This document shows positions 36,731 through 50,992 of a DNA stretch of 64,000 nucleotides, piece after piece. Below the pieces are notes generated by a model. That model was given only the letters and a program-made list of their open reading frames with translations. It was not told the DNA's origin and did no database searches. The stretch comes from Nemertoderma westbladi (Eukaryota; Animalia; Xenacoelomorpha), in NCBI GenBank assembly GCA_032718475.1, contig JAUCBJ010008367.1, forward strand, positions 43,201-107,200. The letters run 5' to 3'. Position 1 is the first letter of the stretch, and the number at the start of each line of letters is the position of its first letter. Both the position numbers and the translations under genes were made by a program.

Positions 36731-36775
36731 GGGGAAACGGTTTGTGTGCCAGTGGACGTTTCCCCAATGGTATAA
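36718..36775 (+). promoter_or_regulatory. -1 programmed ribosomal frameshift signal (G GGA AAC plus H-type pseudoknot)
   Basis: Slippery heptamer 36718-36724 in gag phase; 6-nt spacer; stem 36731-36739/36757-36765; loop TGTGCCA can pair with downstream TGGTATA; pol is in the -1 frame. Confidence 0.85.
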
Positions 36776-39773
36776 AAACTGGTGATTTACCAATGGTTGA
36801 AATAATGTGTGGGGGTTTGAAGAAAATTGCATTATTGGACACGGGGTGTTCGGGGAGTCTCATAACAAAGAAACTGGCTGATCGCAGTGAAGGAGAATGG
36901 AGCACCGAAAATGAAAGAAAGGACATCACAATGCTGAACGGAGAAAAAACCTATACAATTGGTGTATTTACAACACAAATAAAAATACAGGAATTAGGTG
37001 AAGTTAAATGGAGTTTCACAGTTGTTGACTATATTGTAGGAGGTATGGAAATAATAATTGGTTGGGATGTCATAAAAAATATGAGTTGTATCCAAATATG
37101 TCACGGTCATGGGGATGAGCGCAACACAGAATTGTCACCTAGGCAACAGACAATACAATGTGTAGCGGCTGAGATTGAAGAACGTAAATTATTAAGAATC
37201 GATAAAGATGATTTTTCAGCATGGTTTAATGGAAGTTACTGGACCGTTGAGTATAAATTTAAGAATGGTAAAGGTCCTGAAGTGTTACACAATACCGTAC
37301 ATGAGTATAATATTTCTACAAAAAATAGACAAAAATACAGAGAGGCGGTGCAGGAGTGGATCGACAACAGTTGGCTGATGGAGCACCCCGGTGAAACAAA
37401 GGGAACTATTCCGCTTATGGGCAAATATGAAGAAAAGAAAGATCGTGTTAGGCCGATTATGGATTTTAGGGAGTTGAATAAGTATATTATTGATCAACCG
37501 GGAACTGAAGCCGCCGCTAGTATTGAGAAGCTTCGAAAGTGGTCAAAAATGGGAAGTAACACTGCCGTAATAGATCTTAAATGGGCTTACATGCAGATTT
37601 GAGTTAAAGAAACTTTGTATCCTTATCAGGCGGTTGTGTATGATGGAAAGAAATATGCAATGACACGGTTGGGATTTGGATTAGGCCCCACATGTCACAT
37701 AATGGATTCGATCGTAGAAACTGTACTCCAACAAGATGCTAGAATTGAAAAGGCGACTGATTCGTTTAGAGATGATGTGTATGTAGATTTAAGTTCAGGC
37801 CTTTCAACTGATAATGTCAGTGACCATCTTGAGAAATTTGGACTCCTTAGTAAGCCACCTTCATTTGTGAAAGACGGAGCGCGAGTGTTGGGAGTTCATG
37901 TAAAGGATGGAAAATGGCGAAGGGATTCTACAACTCCTAATGAATTGGATATACCGGAGCAGATTACCCACAGGCAGTTACTATCCTACGTTGGTCAGCT
38001 TAGAGGCAACTACCTTATTGGTGGGTGGATGAGAGTTTCGCTAAGCTGGCTTCAGAGAGAGGCCGCTCGTGTACCAATGGATGTCATAGTATCAGGGTCG
38101 ACTAGAGAAAAACTTATAGAAATAATTAAAAAGGTTGAAGATACTGATCCAGTGTGCGGGAAATGGCCTGTTCCTCAAAAGAAAGTTGGAGAAGTTTGGG
38201 CTGATGCTTCCCAAATCGCACTCGGGGCAATGGTTCGGATAAATAGCCAAACAGTAGAAGACGGTTGTTGGCTGAGAAAAGAATCTGACCCTGATCACAT
38301 AAATTCAGCTGAACTATCTGCAATGATACATGGCATAAATATGGCGATCGAATGGGACTTGCAGGAAATTACGATTTATACAGATTCTGCAACTGTCTAT
38401 GGCTGGGTGAAGTCGTTAATTAATGACGAGCACAGGATCAGGACGAAGGGACTATCCAAGATGCTAATCAAAAGACGCCTGCAAATAATAAAGAGGACAA
38501 TCGAGGAATATAAATTAGACGTCTCAATTAAGCTTATTTCTACAACAAAGAATTTAGCTGATGTTTTGACGCGTGTTCCTAAAAAGTGGTTAGAGGAAAG
38601 TTCACGAATTCAAGTTCAAACTCATGACAACGTTTGCATTGGTGTACAGGATACAGACGAGACTGAGATAGAGGATTCAAATCAGAGTCATCTAATACTA
38701 GGCGATGAAGTCAAAATAAAGGCCCGTATAAAAGAGCTGCAATGAATATCGCTCATGTTGGATCGAGAAGACTGAAAGAATTGTGCGATTCAGATAGATT
38801 TTTGCGAAATCGAAATGTAAAGGCCACACTCGTTAAGGAAGTCTGCTCAGATTGCTTAGAATGTGCAAGTATTGATCCATCACCGATAAGATTAGAAAAG
38901 GGTAGTTGCAAAACTGAACATTCATGGCAACGACTGTCTGTAGACTTTGTTGAGTACAAGACAAAGATCTATCTTTCAATTGTCGACTGTTGCAGTAACT
39001 TTACAATTTGGCTTCCAGCAAGAAGTAAAACTGCAGAAGAAGCAATACTGAGGCTACAACAGGTGTTTATTCAATGGGGTCCTCCAGCAGAGTTAATTGC
39101 CGACAATAATCCGTTCAACAGTAAGAGGTTTATCGCTTTTTTGAATAAGTGGGAAGTCGGATTTATACCCTCATGCGCATATCGACCGAAAGGAAACTTA
39201 GTGGAGCGTACTCACAGAACTATTAAATGCTGGGCTGCGAGATCCAATAAGAATTGTGAACAAATTGCCTTCTGGTATAATTGCACCAAATCTGAAGATG
39301 GTAAAACCCCACTAGAGAAAGTTATGGAGAGTTTTACAACCAAACTTCCAGGCATATCAGAGATGAACCCTGCTAACGTAACGAAAACCAAGCTAAAAAT
39401 TGGAGATCGCGTTTTTATTAAACCTCGTCAACATTGGAGGTGTACAGAACGTTGGAATGGCCCTGTTGAAGTAGAAGATGTGGTCGATGATCGATCTGTC
39501 GTGATAAAAGGCGTGAGACGACACCTACAGGATGTGAGATCAGTACCAGCAACGTTGAAATGTGAAGAAAAGAAAATTCCCATCGCGGCATTGCCACTGA
39601 GATCAAATTCGGATACGGACTCTGAATGCGAAAGTGATGATAATGAGGAACATTTGCCACAAGTCAGAGATGAAACTGAGACTGATAGAGAAACTGAAAC
39701 TTCTTCTCATATTACTGTAACGCGCTCCGGAAGAATGGTGAAACCTCCAGTGCGATATGGTTACAATGATTAA
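36718..39773 (+). pseudogene. Gypsy Pol (PR, RT, RNase H, integrase) with in-frame TGA at 37600-37602 and a frame break at ~38743
   Basis: ALLDTGC, RPIMDFRELNKYI, IDLKWAYMQI, FRDD, WADAS..HINSAEL..TDS..NLAD, H..CSDC..C, SVDF..ADN..VER. Confidence 0.88.
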
Positions 39774-40424
39774 GTTCCTTATAGAACTGGGGGAGATATA
39801 ATATAATATATTAGTTATAGACTCAGATAGAGGGTGGGGGGGAAATTACTGTCGCTGGGACTTCAGGACTGATGTTACCGGTAGTACTGGACTGCAGTAC
39901 TAGACTGAATTGAGTACTGCAACCGCAGCACTGCATACCGGTACTGCGATAAGCAATACTGCATACGGTCAGACTGTCTACTCTGTTTGTGCTTTATAAT
40001 TACTGTATTGCAGTTATACTTGAATAATACTTAACGTCGAGTTGTTTCGCCTTGTGTTTATCTTATAACAACAAACATTCGTGGGGCGCCAGCTGCAATT
40101 TAGTATGGTACCATTAAGAGTTCCCGGTAGGAAGTCCACTACTACTACTATAATCGGCCTGCTGCATTGCAGCTGCACAATGAGATGCTATGCTGGCTCA
40201 ACAAAAATATTTTTGCCACCACCATGTATGGCGCCCTATCAACAAAGTTGCACTGCCCATGTCCTTCATGACTTTCACGACATTATCCGCATCTTCAAGC
40301 CCTTTAAGAGGCGTCTCAAGAAAGTCAGGGGCTGTCCACCATGTTTATTTTCTCCATAGGGGCTGCCAATGCACAATATTATGCACAGGCTGGTCCTAAC
40401 GGTGAAAGCAATGGTCTGCAAAGC

Positions 40425-42743
40425 TGTCACGGTAACCGGCTGGGTCTTGGAGTGTTGCTAGGGCTGGATACCGAGCGGGGGTGATACAGTGCCACTGAGA
40501 TAAGGGGTCTGTATTTACTAGTGCTGAGCTGGACTTTGGGGAAAACTAGCTTCTTGTCTTTCCTTCCATGTATTAATAAAATATAACATAGGTAATAAAC
40601 AGTCACCAGTAATAGCACAAGGTCTGAGCCCAGTGTGATTGCACAAAGAACTCTGGGTCAATGATATAATACTATTTGTAATACAACTACCATAAAACTA
40701 ATGCTGCATCTAAGTATATGAGATAACACAACACTAAATATATTTTACTGTGATATTAGGTATATGCAAGTTACGGAGAGAGGAAGACCTTGGCTCTATC
40801 CTGATTGGTCAGGATAGATATTTCCTATTGTTCGTGATATTGGATAGGTTTGCTTTGTTGTTTAGCTTATAAGGTGTCTTTCTCCCTCCTCCAGACCTCC
40901 ATGTGGCTACAGAATATTTGGAATGTTGCCACAGTAGTTTATCTATACAATACAATATTGGGGGTGGGCTAGTGCCATCATCCCGTTGTACAGTCAACCA
41001 ATAATATAATAGTGAACACAATGACTTACTGTAATTACTGGTAGATTGCGCAGTCATGTGACTTAAATTTCGTTCCAGCGGCAAGGCTCCCTGTTTATAA
41101 GCTTAACCTTTCTAGCTGACAAACTGGGGTGTTAATTGTTTCCCACTTTTGGCTAATAACTGTTTAAAGGTGACTTATTGGTTTTGATTGCGAAGTGCTT
41201 CTCAGGGATGACTCCCTTAACCCTATTAGTACCGGGCTATAAAATGTTGTACAAATACCGGAGGGGGGTCATATTGACCCCCACCCCCTCTAAAATCTAC
41301 AAATTTTTACGAAAGCGTATGATTTTTTGTTTGTACGTAGGTATCACTATTCTGGATCCGACCGATTGCAACACCAAAATTACAAGTAGTGCACAATTTT
41401 CACAAAATTTGAAAGTTACATTTTTCGGCTAATTGTTTTTCAATACAGGTTTTCTGGGGCGCAAAATACACTGGAAAATATTTAAAAATAATATGATTAA
41501 TATACATGGCTGTTTAGTCCTCTCTGCGTAGGAAAAAAATGAAAAAAACAAGTAACCAGCACTTTGCAGTTAGAACACAAAATTTTTAATTCATTTATAC
41601 GACGCTATAAATTCACATTTTCAGGTTTTCTGGGGCGCTGATTCAAATGGAATACATTTCTAATATGCCAGATCATTGCTACTTGTATTTTTCGGCTTAA
41701 TTTGGCAAATTTTGGTGCTAGCACCAAATTTCGTTGCCAGCACCAAAAAGTACAAGTTTGCGAGGTCCGGTGCTGTTTTTATTGATTCCATCGGATTCAG
41801 GACCCTCATAAACCCGTATAACGCAAGAAACAAGATGATACTATCTACTGATCAATTTGCTTATTTTCAAAAATTTGGTGCTGGCACAACAATTTTCACC
41901 CAACGGCGAAAAATACAAGTTTGAAAACTCGTATGAAATTTTTACTGATTCCATTGAATTCAGAACCCTCACAAACCCGTATAACGCAAGAAACAAGGTG
42001 ACACAATCAATTGATATATTTGATTGTTTTCATAATTTGGTGCCAGCACCACATTTTGCACCCACTTCCGAAAAATATAAGTTTGAGATAATTTCGATAA
42101 TAAGTTCGATAATTGTATATTCCATTGAATTTAGAACAGCCATAAACCTCCAAAACACTAGAAATAAATTGTCACAAGCAATTTTATCTCTTGAATGTAT
42201 TTTTCAAAATTTCGTGCTAGCACCAAAATTTACACCCAGCACCGGAAAATACAAGTTTGATACGCTTGGTGCAACTCGTATATATTCCATCGAATCCAGA
42301 ACCACAAAAAACCCCAATTGCGTAAAATACAAGTTTCAAATAATCAATTGACAAAATTGACATATTTAAAAATTTGGTGCTGGCACCAAAATTTGGCACC
42401 CGTCGAAAAAAACAAGTTTGAAATTTCTAAATTAATTTATATGAATTCCATCCAATTGCTAACACCAAAAAACCGGTATAAATCCAAAATAGAGATGTTA
42501 CAAATCATATTTAATGAAATGTAAATTTCTAAAAACGTCTCAAAAAAAGTGCCAAAAGTAGGGTTAAAAAATGGTGCTATAACTCGAAAACTACCCAATA
42601 TTTTTGAAAACGGTTTTCACTACTAGGAAGACAATAGATTTTTAGGAAAAGTCATAAAATTTCAGATTCTCAACTGCGTTTGTTTCAGAATTATAACAAA
42701 AAAACCACGGGAGGGGTCATATTGACCCACTATTGGGTTAACA
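40425..42743. mobile_element. Solo LTR (~800 bp: 40425-41220 plus terminal CA) interrupted by a TTAA element
   Basis: Termini TGTCAC...TTAACA; 5-bp TSD AAAGC on both sides. Confidence 0.7.
41221..42737. mobile_element. Non-autonomous TTAA-flanked (piggyBac-like) DNA transposon with internal ~165-bp tandem repeats
   Basis: TTAA|CCCTATT...TATTGGG|TTAA; subterminal GGGGTCATATTGACCC palindromes at both ends; five units with TTTGGTGCTAGCACCAAA-type cores at ~41707, 41871, 42034, 42206 and 42369. Confidence 0.75.
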
Positions 42744-45709
42744 AAAGCAGAGGTGGCTTTGTTCAACTGTCAAGCTTGGGGAACCAATAAGACAGGTCCA
42801 ATGTTATATAGTGAGAGTCTCATTGGAGATGCGGTATTGTACTTGACACCTTGCACCAGATGTAGAATTCTTGTGAATGTGCCATCCATAGATTTGGTGT
42901 CCTCAGTAGTTAGAGCCCAGCAAATGATTATAATGAAGTCCAAGTCGTGTGTAAGGTTTGGTAGTTTAAGTTTGGTTTTATGTTTAGGGCTTGTTGGTCA
43001 AGCACAAATCTTAATTAACATTCTCATGTAATTCCGCTACTCCTGTAATGTTTGAATAACTTCTACTGGGATCTAAAGTCCAATTGGGAGGCCACCAGGA
43101 TATAAAGGACAGGATAAGCGACTCGTCCCAACAACGGGTGCAGTTTTACAATCATTCATCGTAACCGTGCGCACAAAGTGAATAATAATAAAATATAATG
43201 CGATATCGAATGACGCCCGCTTTTATTAATTCATTGTTTATTTATTTATAAGGTTTTGATTGGTATTTGATTGGATTCAAATTAGGTGTATAACTCAATA
43301 ACTTCTTCTGGGACCGCAGTACAGCACGAGAGCATATATGGGGAATAATAATTTATAATAACTCGAAAGCCAGCAAGCTGGCTTTAAACGAACCTGCCCC
43401 TCAAACCAATACCCCGAGTGAGCGAAAATGAAAACACGAAAATTACCATCAACTCAACGATAGAAACACCAGCTGTAGGTACTCATGTGGGCCTAGTAAG
43501 CTACTACTATTTATTGAATGGATAGCCCAAACTGCAGAGAAGTACATTACTTGCCAAATTTATTACTCTCTCACTTAATCCCAGACAGTTATCAAACATC
43601 AACTGTTAGTTTGTATAATGTATTACCCCGACAGCTGTAATAGCTCTTCCCAGTGAATCCTATGGGAATATCTATAAGGTTACTACTCCCTTCTATGTTA
43701 GGTGGGAGGCCAGCTGATTGAATTGTAAGCACTGGGCCGTTCAAATGTTTTATAGGTTGATGATAATGAATGAAAAGGGACCCTTGCTAGCTTTTCTAGT
43801 TGAATCATATTATTCTGCAACCAATAATTTACTCTTTTAGACGAATTATTGCGTTTTTTTGCCGGACTAACAAATTTTGGCGAAGTTCTGTGCGAGATTG
43901 GCGATATTTGAAAAGATTCTGAGGTTCAAATATATTGCTCAAATGACTGAATAGCCAAAATAAAAAAGGTGGTGCATAACTCGACGAGTTTGAATCGGTG
44001 AAATTTGACTTTAAATTTAAAAAAATACCGCTATTTTTAAGTGACCCCGTGATCGAAAAGCAACAAAAAATTTACAGTTTTGTGCGCAACCAAAATTTAC
44101 GTACAGTTTGTTATTAAAATGTTTGCATACCTGCTTGAGTTTTTGAGATACTTGATGGTTATAAATACATACACATATATAATATATGTAATTTATATAT
44201 AATAATATATAAATATACATAACCACATCGTGCTTTTGAACGGCTCAACTCTTGACAAGAACTACCCTGGCATATTTATAGGCAGGTTCGTTATTAGTCA
44301 CATAAAAACTTAACAGGTATTTACTTCATAATTTACTTTCTCCAATAATTGATTTTAAATACTGCAGGGCTACCAAATTGGGCTGTTTATTAAACAGTTG
44401 GCTTATATTTCTTACTCATTATTGTTTACGAAACTATTCCATACAAATTTAGGTGTCGTCGCGGTTTATGTTTTGTGAAGGCTGACTCCACTGGGGATAG
44501 ATTTTAGATTTAGGTAAATTTATGTCCAGATCAAAAATTTAAGTGTTTGTTGCTAATGAGAATTTAGACTGATTTTATCATAAATAAATGAATCATTTGT
44601 GTGTGGCAACTTTGTAAAGTTGAATGGCTGAACAATCGTCACTAGCGATTTTGTGACAGTTGTACTGACCGGTGTGTATTTAATGCTCATTAGCAGCGCG
44701 CTGGTCAGGTTAAATGTTGAGTTCAATGGGACGGGATGGATTTAATGGTATGTATGTTGTACACATGCACATCCAACTAAATGTAATCCACTACTACAAT
44801 GTAGCAGATGCGTCCATAAGAGCAAATGGGAAATCACACAAAAAGAAGTCAGTTCCAATAAGTTTTAACTCATGTGTGATGAGCTTTAGCTTATTTGTCC
44901 ATATGCATTAATCCTTTGAATGAATGCCTTGCGTTGTTGGGAACTAACTTCATTGGCTGATTGGCTATCAAAGTAAGCAAGGATAAAATATTGTGCGTTT
45001 GTTGGAATATAATGAATTCTTTGGTTGCGCAATTGTAATAATATTCTTCATTGACAATTACAGAAAACTATTAAATGTTTATAGAATTTATTGAAGTCCC
45101 AGTAGGGTAACGTAGTCGTAGTGAAATTATTACAAGTACGAATGAAAAATAGTAAATATATGTAAATAAATCTTCTCTTTTTTTCCCTTTGGATTTGTTA
45201 ACTTTCCGTTGAATTCTTACAACATACCTTGTTCTACATTACCGCGTGAATGTTTTCGTTTTTACTTTTTACTGTACAATTTGGGTTGTGAGTGTATGCC
45301 TAACTCGAAATATTCCATATAATTATTAAGTATGGCATTTTTTCGTTTTACTTACTTGTTGAGATTTGATAGTCGTAGGTTAAAGTTTTTTTAAATAAAT
45401 ATTACGTATTTAAGCGTAGGTGATAGTTGCCGTACTTCCAATCCGTTGGAAAAGTAACTGTTTTTTCTAATCTAAAATATACCCAGTAGATAAAGTTAGT
45501 TAGATAAAAGTTAGTTTTAGTTATAAAGTGCAGTTAGCACTAGTGTTATTATCTGTTTCCATATAAAAAATTAAGTATAGTATTATGATGACTGGGGTTT
45601 CACCCATAAAAAACAAACGTATTTTAAAATAATAATTCAAGTCAATAATTAAAGTCAATAATAAGTAAATAATTAAAGTACATTAAAAATATCGAATTAA
45701 AATGGAGGA

Positions 45710-48700
45710 GGGGGGGGGGGGGGGTGTTGTCATATTGACTCCACACTCTAAAATCTACAAATTTTAACAAAAACGTCAGAATTTTGGTTTATATGTAGAT
45801 TTCATTATTCTGAATCTCAACGAAGAATAATCTGCTAAAAATTTTACTGGGGTGGTTTTTTTGCAGCAAAAAATTTCAAGTAGTGAACAATTTTCAAAAA
45901 AATATGAAAGTTACAATTTTCACCTAACCTTTTTCCTATAGGTTTTCTGGAGCTCGGAATCCATTGGAGGATATTTAAAAATCATCTTATAAATGACAGT
46001 TTTAGTGCTCTATGTAGGCAATAATGAAAAAAAAAGCAACCAGCACTTTTCATTGTGAACACAAAACATTAAATGCACTTATACGATGCTATAAATTCAT
46101 ATTTTCAGGTTTTTTTGAGGAAACTAGAGATTCTAGAGAGGATTCCTCTTGAGGGTTCTATGGAATACATTTATAATGCTCCAGATCAATATAACTCGTA
46201 TTTTTTGGCGTAATATGGAAAATTTTTGTGATAGCACCAAATTTCGCACCCCTTCCGAAAAATACAAGTTTGAGATGTACAGTGCTGTTTTTATTAATTC
46301 CATCGGATTCAGCACCCTCATAAACCCGTAGCGAAAGAAACAAGATGATACCATTTATTTATCAATTTGGTTATTTTCCAAAATTTGGTCCTGGCTCAAA
46401 CAATTTCACCCACCCCGAAAAATACAAGTTTGATAACTTTTATGCAATTTGTACTTATTCCATTGAATTCAGAACCCTCACAAACCCTTATGACGCAAGT
46501 AACAAGATGACACAATCAATTGATATATTTGATGGTTTTCAAAATTTGGTACTAGCACCAAATTTTGCACCCACTTCTGAAAAATACAAGTTAGAGATTT
46601 CTAATTAGATTTTCATGTGTTAAAATGAATAAAATGGCACATAGATAAAAATCAGGATTAAAGAGATTAAAGATTAAAAGGATTAAAGATAACAAACAGA
46701 AACATAATTATACAAAGACAGTTCGACCTAGATAAAAACAATTAAATCATAGTCCGAATCTCAGATAATGCAATCAAGCTTGGACAAAACTATTCTTTTT
46801 TTACGATTAATTTTCCGGCTAAACGGTATATCGCACGAAAAATAATTACTAATAAAATTTGTATTACTAATAATATCATTAATGGTCAGCGCACCCGTTT
46901 TTGTTCGTTCACGAAGTTTGCGTGAACATACTTGATTACGTGAACTCTTGATCATATGATCAAGAGTAAGTTAGTGAAGATACCCTAGGCAGACTAAATA
47001 GAGTGCTACACAATCTTTGTATTAGGACAGCCCTTGATGTTTGTAACGTGAGTTGGGTGGCCTGTTGATTAATGAAGACAGTGCTGTTGCAAAGCTGAGA
47101 GGTACACTTGAGCTAAAGGCTGCGCGTTGTATGCATGAAATACAAGCTCAGATGCAATTTCAGATGAAATAGAGATTAAATTGTAAGTCACTACATTAGA
47201 CAGATATGGGCCCAGGTGGAGCAGACCACGCAAACCCAGTGATAGGACCTATCCGGTTCCAACATTTCTGTGGCATTGAAAAGTCCTACAATGAATCTCA
47301 TTTAATAAATAAGTGTTTGTATGGTTCTCGGTGTTGGCTATGGTTCTCCACAGAAAGGATAATGTCTCCAAATTGAGATGTTTGACAGTACATCCCTTTC
47401 TCTGAAATGATTCCGTCATGACAATACGTGTACGCTTACACTCCCGCAGGGCTTCACATCTCTACTGCATCCCCTTCCAGGTAGATGTGACCATTCTGTT
47501 TTCGATAGTTCAACTATTAAGTTCATTGATGTAAGTTTTTTCGTTATCTTATATACTCGATTTGATAAGGAGTTTTTGAGATTAAAAGTATGTCATCCGC
47601 ATAGCAGAAAATTTCAAAATTCAATTCGGCCACAACAAAGCTTTCTGGTGTAACACTATTGGGGACTTCCCTCACATAAAAGATAAACAGGAGAGGAGCA
47701 CATGATCGAATGCTGATGTAATGTCAAGCTTACAGATGTAAGAAGTATGCCCCTATCGTCTATTAGCCTTAAGTGTCTCCAGTAATGCATTTTTTAATAC
47801 ACACTCTATGCCGATTTTCTACCTGATAAAGTTGTTAGACTTTGTTATTTCCCCATTTTTGTCCCCCCCCCCCCCCTAAAATTGATGAGGTCCGGATCTG
47901 AAATATAGAGAAGGTAGCTCCACCTTCCCTCTATTGATTACGAAATGGGCTCAAATTGTCCGAAATTGGCGCTGTAATGTCTATGACTTGCCTATAGGCC
48001 CGTTTGTGGTATAAGAGTCAAGCCCATAGGCCTAATGGTATATGAGCTAGGGACCGCGGAACATCGAAAAATAGCGATTTTTGAAAAATATTCCGGGAAA
48101 AATAGATTCATTTGAAAATGGCCAATTTTTGGAATCTGAAAATTTGTTAGAATGTGCATCATTTATTTAGCTAGAAAAAACCCACACTATATTTCAGGAT
48201 TTGTATTTGATTTTTTTGAGATAATTGAGTACGAATACAAAAAACGTGATTTTTCCAAAATGAGGTATGACCTTTGACCCTTAAAGGTATATTTTTTTAG
48301 AAAACGAAGATCACCGATTCTAACGGGCGGGATGTCTGTCCGCATGCAAAATTTCAGCTTCTGAGGTTTATCACTTCTGGGTGGTAGTACGAACTCCGCA
48401 GGTTTTCCTATAAGTTAGGATGTGTACACGTGCTGGTCGGCTGACTCAGGGTCGGCCTCCATGGTTATTTGTTTTTCTATTTTCCGAGGGGCGCGAATCC
48501 GACAAGATTCGACAAGACAAGATTTCCCTGTAGAGATTGCTGGTAAAACTCTTCGTGTAATCGACAGTGAGATGGTGAGTGGAGAAACACCATTACATGC
48601 AGCATCAAATTTCTGCAGTAGTTCTTGGGAATCATGTGCTGTGTCAACTGCATTGTCTTTCAAATATTTACCTTTAATTTCCTCTTTCTTCCAAAATCTA

Positions 48701-49173
48701 TGTGGACTTGAATGTTTTGATTGTATTTAAAATATAGTTAGTTGAAGTAGAATAGTAGTTAAGTTAGTTCGTTGATGACATTCGAGATAAATAATTTATC
48801 AGATGACGAAGATTTTATTTCGATTCCTTATATGCTTACTATGCTAGTTCACATTCATTTCCCTGGCCACTTTCGTTCCACAATTTGTGTAGCTGCTTTG
48901 TTTTCTTTGATCTCTCTGCCAAAGCTGTGGATCTTATTCGATGGCTTTTGGTTTTCCTACTAATTTTGACTCTAGGAATATTAGTGCTGGCTGCTTTGAT
49001 CAATAAATCCTCAAACTTCCTGGTCATAATTCTGGTCATATATTAGGAAGACAATAGATTTTTAGGAAAAGTCATAATATTTCAGATTCCCAACTGCGTT
49101 TTTACAGAGTTATAACTAAACAAACCACGGGGGTTTGAGGGGTCAAATTGACCCCATTCCGTGTTTAATAGGG
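45710..49173. mobile_element. Fragmented second copy of the TTAA element (~45710-46606 and ~49043-49173), with other remnants in between
   Basis: Homology to 41270-42090 and 42624-42737; right end ...TAATAGGG|TTAA is the reverse complement of the left end of the 41221 copy. Confidence 0.65.
47520..47710 (-). pseudogene. CR1/L2-like reverse transcriptase remnant
   Basis: Minus-strand translation gives APLLFIFYV... and CYADDILLI. Confidence 0.55.
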
Positions 49174-50992
49174 TTAAAGGGGCCAACCTAATTAATTATG
49201 AGATAAAGTGAATAGGTAATAGGGTAAGACTGGATGTCATATGAAATGAGATATAATATATGCGAATTAAAAAGATATAAAATATTTGTTTATTAGAAGG
49301 GTCAGAGGGGATTTGAAGTGAAATAAAATATGTTTTAATAAGAGCATTATACGTTGTTATCTAGTGGTATAAATCATGGAGATAAAGAGTTATTGTTTCT
49401 ACTGTCCATTAAGACCCAGCTGCGGCACACTGACCATCTACAGGGAATATCAATTGAATAATGTTTAATGAAATACAGTATCTCCAAAATAAATTGATCA
49501 AACGAGATTTAAATTGATCAAACGAAATTAAGCCCTACATGGTCGTGAATTTGATTCGCTTTGGTGGTAAATTTGCAATGTAAGGGACAACCAGATCCTT
49601 TTCCGCCGTGGTTCGTTCTATGGGATGGCTGTTTATAAATTTTACGTTGGACTGCCCTTGAAAGATAAGTTGTTTGCATTTGCTTTTTATGTTAAATACA
49701 AGACCGTTCCGTTACGTTACTTTGTCCCCAGATTGGTAATTTATTTAAATCGTATTGTATACGATTTATATTGGCTGTCGGATAAATAAATTATTCATAA
49801 TTTATTTACGATATTATGTTGATTCTGGCGGTGCTGCTTTATTTTTATAATATGATTTTTAGATTATGCCTTGTTTTATAAATGGGCCATACTTAGGTGA
49901 TTCTTAATGTAATTAGCAGAATAGTAACATGGAGTAAGTAACACATTTACATACCTACATGATCTGCCGCATTTTGCGATGTTCTTAAGTTCAATGTCCT
50001 TTGATTAAACGGCGAAGGTAAATTTTTAGCTGGCAACCAAGCAAGGCAATATGTTTAAACAACGGGGTTGATATGGGTGATTCACCCAGCAATATCAATA
50101 CTGACTGGATATATTTTGGATCACCTAACTGCCCAAGTGCTCTTTGGAAAATCCTTGTTGGCGGAGTCAAGGCCTTCATTAGAATCTTTACATTGTCTTT
50201 GGAGTTTGTGTATCGGGGGAATATAATTTTATCTGGGACACCAATAGTTTATTCTCTCTTTATCCAGAATAGACCAGGTTCCTCTAACTAGTCATTGGGT
50301 TTGCTAAACTTCTTGGCGACTGTAAAATTAAGGTTTTTTTTCATGTTTTAAGCACACTTGGGCTCAACACGGGTGAGTGAATATCTCAACAATAATTTAT
50401 TTGACATGTCCATCAATGAACTATCCATAAAATCTTTCTTGAAATGTAATTGTGAAATGGAATGTAATTAATGAGGGTGCGGTGAATTATGAGTTTTATT
50501 TTCGCAGAACCGCGGTTTTACATTAACACAATAACCTATCTAACACGACTGGGAATTACCTGAAGTACATTTCAAAACACCTGATTAGCAATAATGTAAA
50601 TTCCCAATAATTATAGGTAACATTCAAAAATACGAATTAAAAATAATTCTCAAACACTCACTTGGAAACACAAAGGAATTTATTTTACATAAACATATAT
50701 AAAAACATAATTTGAGCCATGGTGTTGTGGTAGTTAGTGGTGGATTAATTATTTCTCTCTCATCCTGTCTTGAATGTATATATCTGGATTATTTTCAGGC
50801 AAAGTGGGACGAGCCCTGAATTTTGTGTTCGCAATTACTGTTTCAGGGTTTTCACATTTGACAATGGGTATTATTGACCATACTATAAACTGTATGAATT
50901 GGAGTTGAGCTGTTAATGCAACTGTAATTAATAATGTAAAATTATGGTTTTGTTCAGAAATGGAAAAAAAATGAGGAAGCACGTCACCTGGG

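Larger units (their letters stand above)
35560..40067 (+). mobile_element. Gypsy/Ty3-type LTR retrotransposon, recent insertion
   Basis: Identical 271-bp LTRs (35560-35830, 39797-40067); perfect 5-bp TSD ACAAC (35555-35559, 40068-40072); PPT GGGGGAGA before the 3' LTR; domain order gag-PR-RT-RH-IN. Confidence 0.95.
40136..42920 (-). mobile_element. RTE-like 3' fragment split by insertions (40136-40424 and 42744-~42920)
   Basis: (TAC)n tail at ~40137-40150; the RTE sequence breaks after AAAGC at 40424 and resumes at AAAGC 42744-42748. Confidence 0.75.

Noticed and set aside
47860-50450. Short ORFs and possible DNA-transposon remnants
   Set aside because: No family or catalytic motif could be supported, apart from the TTAA-element end at 49043-49173.
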